The position numbers and the translations under genes are program-made. A stretch of DNA of 49,103 nt from Moniliella sp. 'wahieum' (taxonomy: Eukaryota), in the NCBI GenBank assembly GCA_003971905.1, contig RSEE01000059.1:372001-421103 (forward strand). Direction: 5' to 3'. The notes under the pieces were generated by a model that saw only the letters and a program-made list of their open reading frames with translations, was not told the origin of the DNA and ran no database searches. This document shows, in pieces, positions 12,194-24,292 of this stretch (within the stretch, counting starts at the first letter, position 1; every line of letters starts with the position of its first letter).

Positions 12194-14037
12194 GGTGAGG
12201 GAGGAGAGAGGGTGCTTGCTGGGGGGCTGGGGGGGGGGGGAGACGGGGGGGAAGAAAAGAGAGAGGCGGGGGGGGGGGGAGGGTGGGTTTAAGGAGGGGG
12301 CGTCCGGCCAAAAATACAAGCGACTGCTGTTTGTCGGACCCACGGGACTCAAGGTCTAACTAATATGCTCTGACTCTGGCTGAAAACGGGTGGAAATAAC
12401 GCCCGACCAAATGCGCAGATAAGCCAGCCGCGCAGGGGGGCAGTGTGTGGCCAGTGCCGGGTTGGGTGGCAGCTCGGCGCTGCTGTGCCACCCCGTGCGG
12501 CCCTCGGCCTGCGTCTGGGTACTAGCACGCAGTGGCCCAGCAGGGCGGCGAAACGCACCCCAGGTCCGCCGCAGCAGGGGGCGAGTGTGTGCGCATGCGT
12601 GTGCGCGCAGGGGGGTGAACTTGCAGTACCCGCATGCAGGGGCCGCAGCGGCAGCGCTGGGGCTGCGTACCGGCTTCCGCCGCAGGAGCAGCGCGGGCCG
12701 TGGCTTGGCGAGCGCTGAGCCTCAGCGCCCGCAGCCAGCACACACCGGACAAGCGCGGGGGGCATGCTCGTCGGCGGGGGGCGGCGGTCGCCCGTCGGGG
12801 CGTCGGCTGCAACCGGGCGGGTCGGACGCAGCCGGGTGCCAGGCGCGCACGGCAGCTGTGTGCGTGCCCAACGTGATACCCGCGCCGCTCGGCGGAACGT
12901 TCCGGCCATGTTCCGCCCGGCACCCGCCGCGGTTGCCGGAGCCGGGGGGGCGCGTTGGCGAGGCGCGTTGGCACGGGAAGGCACAGGAACCCAGCTAACT
13001 GCGTCGGGCTGTTCGGTCTTTGGGCGGCTCTGCGCTTCGTATCTTGGTCTGGGCGGGCAGATGGTAAGCACGCCCGGCGGATGGCGTGGCGGCGTTGTGC
13101 AGAGCCAGCCTGCGCATCGCCGCGTGCGGGGATAAGCTGGCTGGACGCGTACAAAGGGGGGCGCACCCGCTGCCCACGCACCCGCCTTGTAGACCAACAC
13201 GATCATCATGCTATTCGCGGGGGCAGGCCTCAGGTTGGTCGATTGTCATGCATGTCACTAGCTAGTCATTCTAGTACCCCCTGGATGGCAGCGAACCCTC
13301 TCTGCTTCTCCCTAGCCACTGCGGCACCTACTGTTGGTTGGGCTGCTTGATTATGGGGTCGTCTGTCTTCGTGCGGCCTTCTGTGTAGGTGCTATAGGGT
13401 CAGCGCATCTCACCGCCTCCTCCGCAACCCTCCGATCATATGCCTGCGTCTCCAGTTGGAATCGGCACATGACAAAACTTGAAGCTTGAAGCTTGACCCC
13501 GACCGACCCCCACAAAAGCCCCCGCCCGCCCCACCCCCGCACGAGCGGCGCATCTCTGAGCCAGCCGCCCGTCTTAATAGCGCATCGGGTGCGCCAGAAC
13601 CAGCCGCTGTACTGGCCTTGGTCCAGCGGCCGCCTGCTACCGCCCATGACCCACAGCGTGTATTGCGAGGGGGGGCGCTTATCGCGCAGAGACTGAGAGC
13701 ACAGCGGTTATAACGCGGGGGACCAAGCTGGCGCTGCGTATTGAACGTTGCACCGACACCGGTGCTTGCACGTCAGGTGGGGGGTGCGCCGTACGTAAGC
13801 CAGCGGAAACAGTTGAAAGTTGCAAGGGAAGGCGGCGTGTTGTTCGGTGTGCTTCGTTGGCCGGGCGGCTGAGGATAGGGTTGCGCAACCCTAGGCCAAG
13901 CGGGCGGGCGTGCTTGGGTGCGGGCGCGCTTTCTGGCCACACCACTGCCACACCGCCTCCGCCCGGCGTCTCTCGGCTGCGCGCGCCTCTCCTCCGCCTC
14001 GGCCCACCTCAGCTGCGGCCTGGCCACGCATCCCACC

Positions 14038-17000
14038 ATGGCCACTGCCTATGGCTGGCCCCGCCACGCCGCCGCGCCCGCACCCGCGCCCCCGCCGCGC
14101 GCCCCCGACGCCGACGACACGTGCCTCTGCCGCTGCGGCCCCGAGCCTGGGCAGCCGCTGCACCACCCCTGCAAGTGCACCGGCTCCATCCGCGCCTGCC
14201 ACCAGGACTGGTGCGTACCCTCTCCCCGCCCTGCGCCCCATGCCTAACCCCCCCCCCCAGCCTCGTCGAGTGGCTCCAGCACAGCCGCAAAAAGTACTGC
14301 GAGCTGTGCGGCCACTACTATGTCTTCCACCGCAGATACCGCGCCTCGATGCCCGTCGGCCGCCTGCCCGCGTACCACTATGTCCGCAAGCTCCTCTCCC
14401 GCCTCACCTTCTGGGCCCACTGGCTCCTCCGCCTCGCGCTCTGTGCCCTGGTCTGGCTCGTCGCCTTCCCGCTCTTCAACATCTTCTATCTCCGCCGCCT
14501 GTTTGCCGGCGTGGATCTGCTGGTGGATGCGCTCGAGACATGGTCCCTCTCCGACCTGCTCCGCTCCTCCTCCCGCTCCTCCGACCCCGACCCCGCCGCC
14601 GCCCCGCCGCACGCCGCCAGCCGCACCAGCCCCACGCCTCGTCCGAGCCCGCGCTTCCGTGGGACAGCCAGCCCCTGCTCGCCCGCCTCTGGGCCATGTT
14701 CTTCTCCCCCGCCCCGCCCGCCCAGCCCACCCAGCCAGGACCGCTGTCGTGGGAGTCCTGGGCTCGTATTGATCTGTCCTCCCTCCTCGCCTCGACCAGC
14801 GACAATGTGTTCCAGGGCCTGGTCTTGACCGCCGTCATCATCGTCGTCTTCGTCTCCATCTTTCTCTTGCGCGAGTGGATCGTGCAGAATATGCCCCACG
14901 CGCCCATCCTTGGCGACAACCCCGCAGAGGAGGAGGCAGAAGAAGGAGAAGAACAAGTGCAACCACCTGAGATGCCACCCCCGCGCTTTGACGTTTTCTT
15001 CCCGCGCCCCGTACCGGCCATCGACCCCCCTCCCTTTGCTGACGCTCCTGTCAACGCGGATGACGTAGCGCAAGATGACGATGCGCCGGCATCCGATACG
15101 GCCCAGCGCTCCATGTCTCAGCACGACTCGGAAGACGATGATTGGGGCTTGGAAGAAGACATTGACGATCCCTTTCCCGATTGGAACCGCACCTTTGAGG
15201 GGCCGATGGCGCCCCCGCAAGTGCCCAATGTCGATGAGCTCGCCGCCCCGGTCGGCCCAGCTCCACCCAACCCCGCTGTCCCCCTACCCCCGCACCTGGA
15301 TTGGCTCCGTGCCCCATCGCCTCCCCATCTGGACGAAGCTGCCATTGCCCTCACCCCCGACGAGGTCCTTCGCGCACGTCGTCGGCAGTTGCGGGAACAG
15401 ATGGGCATGCCACCGGAATCCGAACCGACATTCGCCACTTCCCACGCGTTTGAGGCCCCTGCCCAAGGAGCAGCGAGAGAGGGCAATTCGGACCCGGCGA
15501 GCTCACGTGATGGACATGGACCGGCGGCGGCGCCGCACGCAGGCACTTTGTTGGACCCCAACCTGGATGTCCGAGGTGCCGCGGCTGCACCCGAAGGTCT
15601 TCCGACGGGCACCGACCTGGACCAAGCGGCTCCTCCAGTGGTGCCGCCAGGCCTCCTGGGCCATGTGCATCCTCACCCTCACCCACAGGGTGCCCCCGCT
15701 GGCGCGCCCGATGGGATGCGCACCTACCTCGTCCCGATTCGCCCGCCTCTTGATGCAACGGCAGGGATTCAGGGGACCCAGTCGGATTATGCGAATTACA
15801 TTGATGCGGTCGGTAATATCCTCACCTACGACGGGATGCAGGGCATGTCCATTGCCGAACCTGTGACCGACGAGCAGCCGCACCGCCGCCATGTCCATGC
15901 GGAGGCGGAGGGCGGGGGCGGAGCTGCGCTGGATGCCCTTCCCCCCCGGGGCACGAGGAGCAGGGCCCAGCACGCAGGGGCTGGACGCTGGCGACGACGA
16001 AGGATGGGAAGACGTGGACGAAAATGAGGATGAGGACCCTCCGGCCGAGGCATGGGATGAGGAGGACGAGGAAGGGGATGAACGCATGATGGAGGATGAC
16101 ATGGATGGGATTTTCGAGGCGATCGGCTTGCATGGTCCCATCATGGGCCTGGTGCAGAACTTGGCCATCCTTTCGGCACTCTGCAGTTTTGGCATCCTCT
16201 TCCTCGGTGCCCTGCCGCTCTTCATGGGCCGGTGTCTCCGCACGGGCGAGGCTGTGATTGCGTTGGGCAAGGCTCCATCTATCTCTTGCGCCTTGTCACC
16301 GATCCTTTCTTTGATGCGCTCATCACGGGCTTGGAACGTGTCTTGTCCCAGCTGTTTGGCACCGACCTGGCCTCCCTCGTGCCTGCTTCGGCGCCTGCCG
16401 CAGCCAGCGAGGCCGTCCAGGCCGTCGCTGCCCCAGCGCTGTCCGCTGGCTCTGCCTCCTCCTCCTCCTCCTCGTTGTGGGGTGCCGCCGAAACGCAGGC
16501 GCAGCACGTGCTCTCCGTGACCCACGCCTACCTCCTAGACGCCCACGATCGATTCCGCGTGTATGTGATGGGCACCTCCATCGCCCAGCGCGTGACGGCC
16601 ATCCTGCTCGGGTATGCCTACTACATTGGCTTTCTGCTTGTGCATCTCAACCTGTCCATGCGCCTCAATTGGAAGATGGACGAGTGGATGCTACAGTGGA
16701 CCAAGTCCCAACTGGTGGTGATCAAGGTGGGTGGATTCATCGGGATTGAACTGATTGTCTTCCCCCTTGGGTGTGGTGTGCTGCTGGACCTGGCCACGTT
16801 GCCGCTCCAACTGGGTCCCGGGCCGGGCGGCCTGGATGCGCAGCAGGCGCTGGCCTTGCGAAGCCAGTCGTTCGCCTCGGCGCCGATTACCTGGACGTTC
16901 CTCCACTGGGTCGCCGGCACGCTGTACATGTTCTTCTTTGCTCAGTTTGTCAGTCTTACCCGGGACATTGCGCGTCCGGGCGTGCTGTGCTGGATCCGGG

Positions 17001-19055
17001 ACCCGAACGATCCCAACTTCCAGCCGGTCAAGGAGATCCTCGAGCGCCGTTCCGTCACCCAGCTGGCCAAGACCGGGCTCAGCATCTTGATCTACGCCGT
17101 GGCGCTGTTCAGCACGGTGGCCGTGCCGAGTTTCCTCGCGCGCTACGCTGCGCCACTAGGGCGTGCACGTGGTGCCGATCCAACTGCACTACTCCAGCTA
17201 CGCCTCGTACGGCCTCGAGCTAGCCGGCATCCTGACCTTGTTCCCCTGGCTGATCAAGAAGGCGTCGCCACCACGCATGACCAAGCGCCTCTACTCGCGC
17301 TGGTGGAAATTCGTCGCGCGCCAGCTCCGCCTCTCCTCCTTCCTCCGCGGCGGACGCCACCTCGCCGAGGAAGGCTGGCCCCTCCACGACATGCCAAGTC
17401 GACCCTCTCCCGGTCCCCTTGGACCCCATGTCCCTCCGTCTCGCCAGCTTGGTCCCCGGTACAGACTCGCGCCCCGCCGTCCCGGGCGCTGTGCTGGACG
17501 ACCCAGCCCAGCTTACCGCAACCCGCGCCGAAACGTCCCTCCCCTCCAATCTGGCGCAGCAGCGGCGCCGACGGCGACGCCAACGCCAACGCGGCGGCAA
17601 GAGCGCATGGAAGCCGACACGCCGCCGCAGGGCACGTTTGCGCGCGTGCCCGCGGACAACAATGCGATCATGTCGACGGCGCTGGTGATTCCTACCAATG
17701 CGCGCGGCATCCCGCTCGACGAGAAGGGAATGGCGGAACTGCGCGCGCAGCATGCCGCCATGGCGCGCCAACGCCGGCGCGGCGCGAACGGACGCAGTAT
17801 ACGATTGTCTATGTCCCGCCGCAGCTGCGCGTGCGCTTGTGGTCCTTTGTCCTGGCTCTCGCTTTCAGTTTGTCCATTGGCTTGACGCTGGCTGTTGTCG
17901 TCCCGCTCGCGACCGGTCGCAAGGCCGTGCGCACCCTCTACCGCGTCACCGGGCCCGTGCACGACGGCCATGCGCTCTTGCTCGGCGCCTGCATCTGGCT
18001 CGCCCTCGTCGCGGCGGGCAAGACGCTGCACCGCTACCACCGCTACTTGACGCATACCGCCGCCCGGGGCGGTGCCTCGTCGTACGCTGCGCCGCAGGAC
18101 GCGGGAGCCGGCTGGATCGAGGCGCACGTGCCTGGCTGGGTGCGGGCTGTGGCGCACGCGCGGCGCGCCGAGGCGTGCTGGGCATGGGACACGGCCAAGT
18201 GGCTCGCGCAAATCGCATTCAAGCGCGGGCTGGTGGCGTTGCTGTGTGGGCTGACGGTGCAGCAGTACATTGAGCTTCCGTTGCGCTACGGCCTGCGGCC
18301 CTCGCAGCCCATCCGCATCTCGCTCGGCCAGGCGTGGGTGACGGGCCTGATGGCCTGGCGGCTCGCCGTGTTCTGGGTCCCGACCGCACCTATGACCTCT
18401 GGCTCGGCCAACGCCCGCAGTACAAACCCTCGCGTGGCAGTTGACTGCCCTGCTCGTCCTCCCGCCCGCTGCGGCCTGGCTTGCGATCCAGCTCGGCCTA
18501 CGCCGCGACGGATGGGACGGTCAGTGCGTCCTGCGCCACGCCTACCTCGTCGCTGCGGCCCATGTCGCACTGTACTTTGCCCACTTGCTCCTCCAGTCCG
18601 CCATGGCCACTTGGACCGAAGCGATCCGCGACGAAGTTTACCTCGAGTCGACCGAGTTGAAAGATTATGACCCTAATCCCAATCCCAATCCCAATCCCAA
18701 TCCAATCCCAATCCCAATCCCTCCCCCTCCCCCACTCCCCGCCCCGATCCTACTCTCCATCCCGATCCTACTCTCCATTCCAATACCGAGGTCGATCCCG
18801 ACCTCCATGCCGATGGCGATGCTGATGCCGATGACTCGGCCTCCTCTTCGCGCCCGCATCGGCCGCGGGGGCGCCGGGCAACGCCAACGCCACCGCCACC
18901 GCCACCGCCACCGCCACCGCGCACGCCAACTTGAACCGGAACGCGTTCGACCACGACCCGCCGCCCGCAGCGACGCGGCTCAACGCGTACGAGTCCGAAG
19001 GGCCCATCCCCGATGCGTGGTTGGACCCTGCGCAAGCGTGAAGGGGGTCGGGTAG
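14038..19055 (+). CDS. DOA10: ERAD E3 ubiquitin ligase Doa10/MARCH6
   Basis: RING-CH PLHHPCKCTGSIRACHQDC|LVEWLQHSRKKYCELCG across intron 14211-14260; FLLREWIVQN; DMDGIFEAIGLHGPI; TD domain GIELIVFPLGCGVLLD, HWVAGTLYMFFFA, RPGVLCWIRDPNDPNFQPV; C-terminal IRDEVYL. Multiple indels; stop approximate (19041-19055). Confidence 0.95.
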
Positions 19056-19753
19056 GGTGGCGACCTGCTTCCCGCCGGCTGCGCGCCCGCTGCGCGTGAT
19101 AGGTTTCCTGTTCCCCTCGTTGTTGCGTTCCAGTGGATGAGTGCGTGTGCGTATATGTGGGTGTGTATGTGGGTGTCTACGGTTCACGGAAGAGGGAAGG
19201 ATAGGAGTAATGAGCAACCTGAAAACGCTCCCCAGAAGTAGGCATCACTTGAGTCGTCAGTCTCGGAGATGGGAGAGATGGTTTAGATGAACGGTGGGTG
19301 TGGGAGACAGACAAAGAATCAGGCACGACATGCGGCAGGAGAAAGATGAGATCTGAGAACCCCAACCACACAACCCAGGAACAGACGCATTCTCCCAGAC
19401 GGGAGAGGGGCTGCGAGTAGGATGGGAGGCCGACGAGCCCGAGGGTGCGGCTGGTTCCCGCTTCGGCAGGGTGCAGCCTGGGCCGATGAACGATGTTCGA
19501 TGATCCGAGGCGCGGGCCCAGGCTGCCCCCGTGCCGGCGCTGCGCCGTGTGCGTTGCAGTGCGCATGCGTCCGGGGCAAGCGGGGCGCAGCATGGCGCAC
19601 GGGCGCCGGGCGGCAGGCACGCGCTCGGCGCAGGCACAGCGCCTGTGCGATCGGCTGCTCGGCGGCCAGACTGCCTCCGTGCGGCCCAGGCCGCGGCGGG
19701 CAAAGGCACGGCGCGTGTCTGCGTGCGCGTGCATGCAGCCTGCCCCATCGGGC

Positions 19754-22700
19754 ATGCATGCTGCATCATGCATCGCAGCTGCCCCCTCACGCATCGCCCA
19801 GCGCCTCGGCTCGGCGGGCGGGCGTGTTGCTGGGGCGGGTATTGGGTTGGGTGTTGCGGCGGCGGCTGCTCCTCTCCATCCCCCCTCCGCCTCGGCCATG
19901 GCCAGCCCACACGCCTCCTCCTGGGCCTCCTCCGGGGCTTCCTCCTGGGCCTCCGCCTCTGCCGCCGCCACGGCCACCGCCTCTGCCGCCACGGCCACGG
20001 CCACCGCCTCCGCCTCCCGCTCCTCCCACTCCCCACCCACCTCCGCGCCCCGGCCCTCACCCGCCTCGTCGTCGTTTGCACCCACTCCGCCCGCCGCTTC
20101 GCCATCTGCGTTGCCATCTGCTTCGCCCTCTGCCTCCACCGCCTCCACTGCCTCCACCGCCTCCGCAGGCCACGCGCCCCCTCGGCGCCAGGCACATCCT
20201 CCCCTGGGCCCACTCGTCGGCCTTTGCCTCGGCTTCTCCTTCGGCCTCTGCCTCGGCCTCTGCCTCGGCCTCTACCTCGGCCTCGGCCTCGGCCTCTACT
20301 TCTGCATCTGCCTCCCACTCTGCATCCTCCGGCTCAGAATCCGACTCGGACTCTGACTCGAGCAACGTGCCGCTGCCCGGTGGCAACACCAATGGCACCA
20401 TTGCCCACCCAGGCGACTACCACAACGCCACCCCTCTTCACCCTGACCAATCGCGGTGGCGCCGGTGAGTTTGTCTACACCCTCCCCCTCACCATTGCCA
20501 ACCAGTCCGTCCTGGTCCAAGCCGACACGGGCTCCAGCGACCTGTTCCTCGCCTCGACCGAGTGCCACTCGGCTGCGTGCACACAGGGAGCCGACCAAGG
20601 CCTCCACCTCTTCGATGGCTCCCAACTGTCCAACCGCGAGATCACTGTCCCGCTCGCCTACCCCGCGGGCAAGGTGGTCGGCTCCATTGTCACCTCGGAT
20701 GTCGGCCTGGGGGGCGGGACAAACTGGAGCCTGGCCGGCCAAGCATGGGGGCTGGCAAGCCAGGTGACTCCGGCCAATTTTTTCCCCGCTACCTCCTACT
20801 CGGGACGCGTAGGATTGGGCTTGCCTTCGGCCTCCGAGGTGCAAAAGCAATTGTATGACGCGACGGGCAATTGGAATACCCTCAACGACGTTTCCGACCC
20901 CGCTTCCACTGGCTCCATCCTTGCTGGCATCTGGTCCGGTCGACCTATTGGTGCGCGCTACATTTCCCTTGGCTTGCAACGCCTCCCGTCTGAAGGAGGT
21001 CATGGTAGCAGCACGCTGGGTGTCTCCCAGATCGACCCGGCCTACGCGTCCTGGGACCAAATCCACCCTCCCCTTCTGAACCATATAACAAATCCGATCG
21101 CTTTCCCAACCGCCGATGGCGCACCACCCTCACCGCCCTCAGCATTGGTTTGCAAGGCGAATCGACCGCGTTGCCGCTCACCACCGTGTTGGGGGGTGCC
21201 CATCCCTTGGTTGCTTTTGCCTCCGGATCACCGGTTAGTTATGCCCCCCTGGCCACGGTCAACATGATCTATGGCTCCTCTGGCGACTATCGCGTTGACC
21301 CCGACTCGGGCGCCTACATGGTTCCCTGCAACCTTATGCTCAATCTCACCCTGTCCTTTGGTCCGGACCACATCCCAGTGCCGATCCATCCTTTGGACAT
21401 GTCGATCGCCGTTCCCTCAGACTCTTCGTCCTATGCGCCTCCCGGCGCCGGAGGCGGCTGGTGCTACGGCGCGTTCCAACCGATCCAAAATGTTTTTCCC
21501 CAGTCTCTTTCTGGATCCTCCTCTTCCTATTCGTCCTCTCTTTCTTCATCTTCCTCCCATCCCCTCCCCTCGTCGTCGTCGTCGTCGTCTTCCTCCTCCA
21601 CCAACTCTTCCGGCTCCGGCTCCGACCCTGGCTCTGACTCCGGCTCTGCCTCTGGTTCCACCTCGAACTCGAACTCGCACAGTTCAGATTCTGACTCTGA
21701 TCGCGATGATTCAGAATCGAAAGGGGTCAGCTCGGGATCCGGCGCAGTGTCTCTCGCATACTCATTATCCTCCCCTCTTCGGCCCGCTACCTCTCCCCAA
21801 CTCCCCCTCGGTGCAAGCCTGGACGGCGGACGTGGTGCTGGGTGCGTCTGTGATGCGCTCCCTCTATACCCTCTTTTCCTGTGACGATCTTACTTCCCTC
21901 CCAGCGTCCAACGACTCGGATGGATCTTGCACCCCCACCTTGGGCTTTCGACCGTTGGTGACCGATGCGGCCAAGGCGGCCGAGGAGTTCAACCATGTTC
22001 GCGTGCAGGGCAAAGCGCTTGGCACGGACCCGACCTCGGTCTTGACCGCCACCCAACGCGGTCTGTCGGGCGGGGTGCGGGCGCTGATTGGTGTGTTTGC
22101 TTCGGTGGGCGTGATTGCGCTGGGCGTGTGCGTGGCACTGTACCTCATCCACCGCCAACGACGTCGACAAAAGCAACGTCGTGCTGCTGCTTCTCTCCAG
22201 CTTCACGTTCGATCCTCCCCTTCCTCCCCGGCCTTGGGCCCGAGCAGCGTCAGCGTGCCCGCTCGGCCCAGGACAGACTCAATGATGGACGAGGCCGAGG
22301 TGGGCGTGGCGGGCGTGGCGGGCGTGGGGGCGGGCACAGTGGTAGGCTCGGACATTGAAGCCGACTTGGCCCGTACCGTCTCCTTGACCGGTGGCAAATC
22401 TGTGCTGACCCGCCTCGGCCGCCGCTCGTCCCGGGTTACCGACCGGGCCACCGCCCGGGGGCGCGACCGCAGCCAAAGCCAGACCCACCATGGCACCATG
22501 AGCTTCCTGCGTCGGTCAGGCTCGTTGGGCTCGCGCGCAGAGGAGGATGCATCGAGTTTGGTCTCGACCGATGCGTGGTCCATGGCGCACCGGGCCAAGG
22601 CCACCATTGTGCACCGCATGCACGGCGTGTTTGACGAGGACGACGTGGCGAACGAGTTGCAGTTGCGCCAAGCGCGTCGCCCGCCCGTGCCGCCGGGCGT

Positions 22701-23163
22701 GACATTACCCTTGCACTGGCGCGGGTTTGGCGATACGTACTTGCCCCCGGGCGTCGTCCCGCCCGTCGCGCCTACCACGACCGACCTGGACCCCGAGCCC
22801 GACCCCTACGCCGACCTGGACCTGAGCTTGGACCCGGCCCACTGCGGCACGCCTACCGGCCCGGCCGGCGACCCCTTCGCCGACGCTCAGGCTCAGTTCG
22901 ACGTACAGGGCACACCCTACCTCGACGCCCGCCGCGTTCAATCCGCCTACCTTCGTCGCCACCCTTCCTTTTCCCGTCCGGCCCCCGCCCGGCGCCGGCT
23001 CCGGCGCCTGCTCCGCCCCCGGGCGCGCCCTCTTTCCCCCTGCTTCACCCCCGCCCCCGGCTGCTCCGCGCGACACGTACGCCTCCCCGTCCACGCCCAT
23101 GCACGTTTACCCCCCTCCCTCGCCTTGAGCGGGTGCGTGTGCCTTCCCTTTCTGGCTACGTGA
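19754..23163 (+). CDS. Pepsin-like (A1) aspartic protease homologue with C-terminal TM helix and cytoplasmic tail
   Basis: YTLPLTIANQSVLVQADTGSSDLFL (first DTG), GRVGLGLP, YMVPCNLMLNLTLSFG, PIHPLDM, CYGAFQ, VVLGASVMRSLYTLF; TM segment LIGVFASVGVIALGVCVALYLI followed by basic residues. Ser-rich inserts. Start and stop are approximate. Confidence 0.85.
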
Positions 23164-23372
23164 CGGATGCATGCAGGCGGCCGGGGGGGCGAGGTAGGCG
23201 ACCGCGGAGCCACGCCCATGGTAAACCCAAGGTACGCCATGGTAAACCCAAGGCAAGGGGTCTATTTTTTTGTTTTGTTTGTTTTTTATTGCCCGGATTG
23301 GCCGTACCCAGGCTGCTGCTGCTGTTGGTATGGGTGTCTCGGCAGGCAGGAGATGAGGGGCGAAATGAGATT

Positions 23373-23460
23373 ATGGTGATGGTGATGGTGATGGTGATGG
23401 TGATGGTGATGGTGATGGTGATGGTGATGGTGATGGTGATGGTGATGGTGATGGTGATGG
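23373..23460. repeat. Microsatellite (ATGGTG) x ~14.5
   Basis: Directly visible. Confidence 0.97.
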
Positions 23461-23520
23461 ATATGGGTTGGGTTGGTTGGGTGTAGAGGGGATGACGTTG
23501 GCGATGGCGATGACGTTGGC

Positions 23521-23554
<34 letters not shown>
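23521..23554. repeat. Microsatellite (GAT) x 11
   Basis: Directly visible. Confidence 0.95.
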
Positions 23555-23861
23555 TCATTTGCGATGGTTCAAGGATGGATGGGTAGTGCAATACGGCATG
23601 TCTCTTCTGCAGGCAGTTAACCCTTACCCTTACCTTGATAAGCCCTGAAGGACCTGTGCTCCTCTAGCGTAGGTCCTGCTTGTTGAACTCACAGAGCCGT
23701 GCGCAAGCCCCGAGTCGGGCCTCAGGACCCTCGCGCGCCCGCCAGCTGGGTTGCACCCCGAGGTCGAGATGCAGATTGTGAGATGTGAGAACGGGGGAGG
23801 GGGTAAAACAAACATTTGATCCGAAACGGATTGTAAGCCAATAAACCTGCGGAAACCTAAC

Positions 23862-23933
23862 GCCTCTTTGGCTCAATGGTAAGGCGTCGCACTCGTAATG
23901 CGAAGATTAGTCGTTCGATTCGGCTAGGAGGCA
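23862..23933 (+). tRNA. tRNA-Thr(CGT)
   Basis: Acceptor stem GCCTCTT/AGGAGGC, anticodon arm TCGCA-CTCGTAA-TGCGA, T arm AGTCG-TTCGATT-CGGCT, followed by a poly-T Pol III terminator. Confidence 0.93.
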
Positions 23934-24292
23934 GTTTTTTTTGCGGGAAGTGAGAGTAAGAGGGTCGGACATCGGAGCGGCTGCTTCAAGTGCAGGCGAT
24001 GGGGGTTGGTTGCCTTACAGGGATGGTCGATGGAGGCAGATGGTACATCGAGTGGAGCAGCGCTCTTGATGCGTGACGCGTGACGCGTGGCCCTTGAACA
24101 TTGCACAGAGCTGAGCCGCGGGCGTAGGGTTACAGCACGTAAGGCTGAGCGGCTGGGTAGGGAGGCACGTGGGCAGTGCTGAAAACGCGGCGCAAAAGGC
24201 GGCGGGAGACGAGTGTGCGTGGGGGGGGGGAGGCGGTTACTGGTTAGCCAGGTTGGGGGCGAGTTAGAGGACTCCTTCTCGCTGCTGCGGCC

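Noticed and set aside
12349..13350. Long Arg/Pro/Ala-rich ORFs here and antisense ORFs overlapping real genes
   Set aside because: No domain signal; long open frames are expected from stop-codon scarcity in high-GC DNA.
23286..23591. Poly-His/poly-Ser ORF (and the MV-repeat ORF on the other strand)
   Set aside because: These are translations of the ATGGTG and GAT microsatellites.
23618..23635. TAACCCTTACCCTTACC interstitial telomere-like tract
   Set aside because: Short and degenerate, and lies beside other microsatellites.
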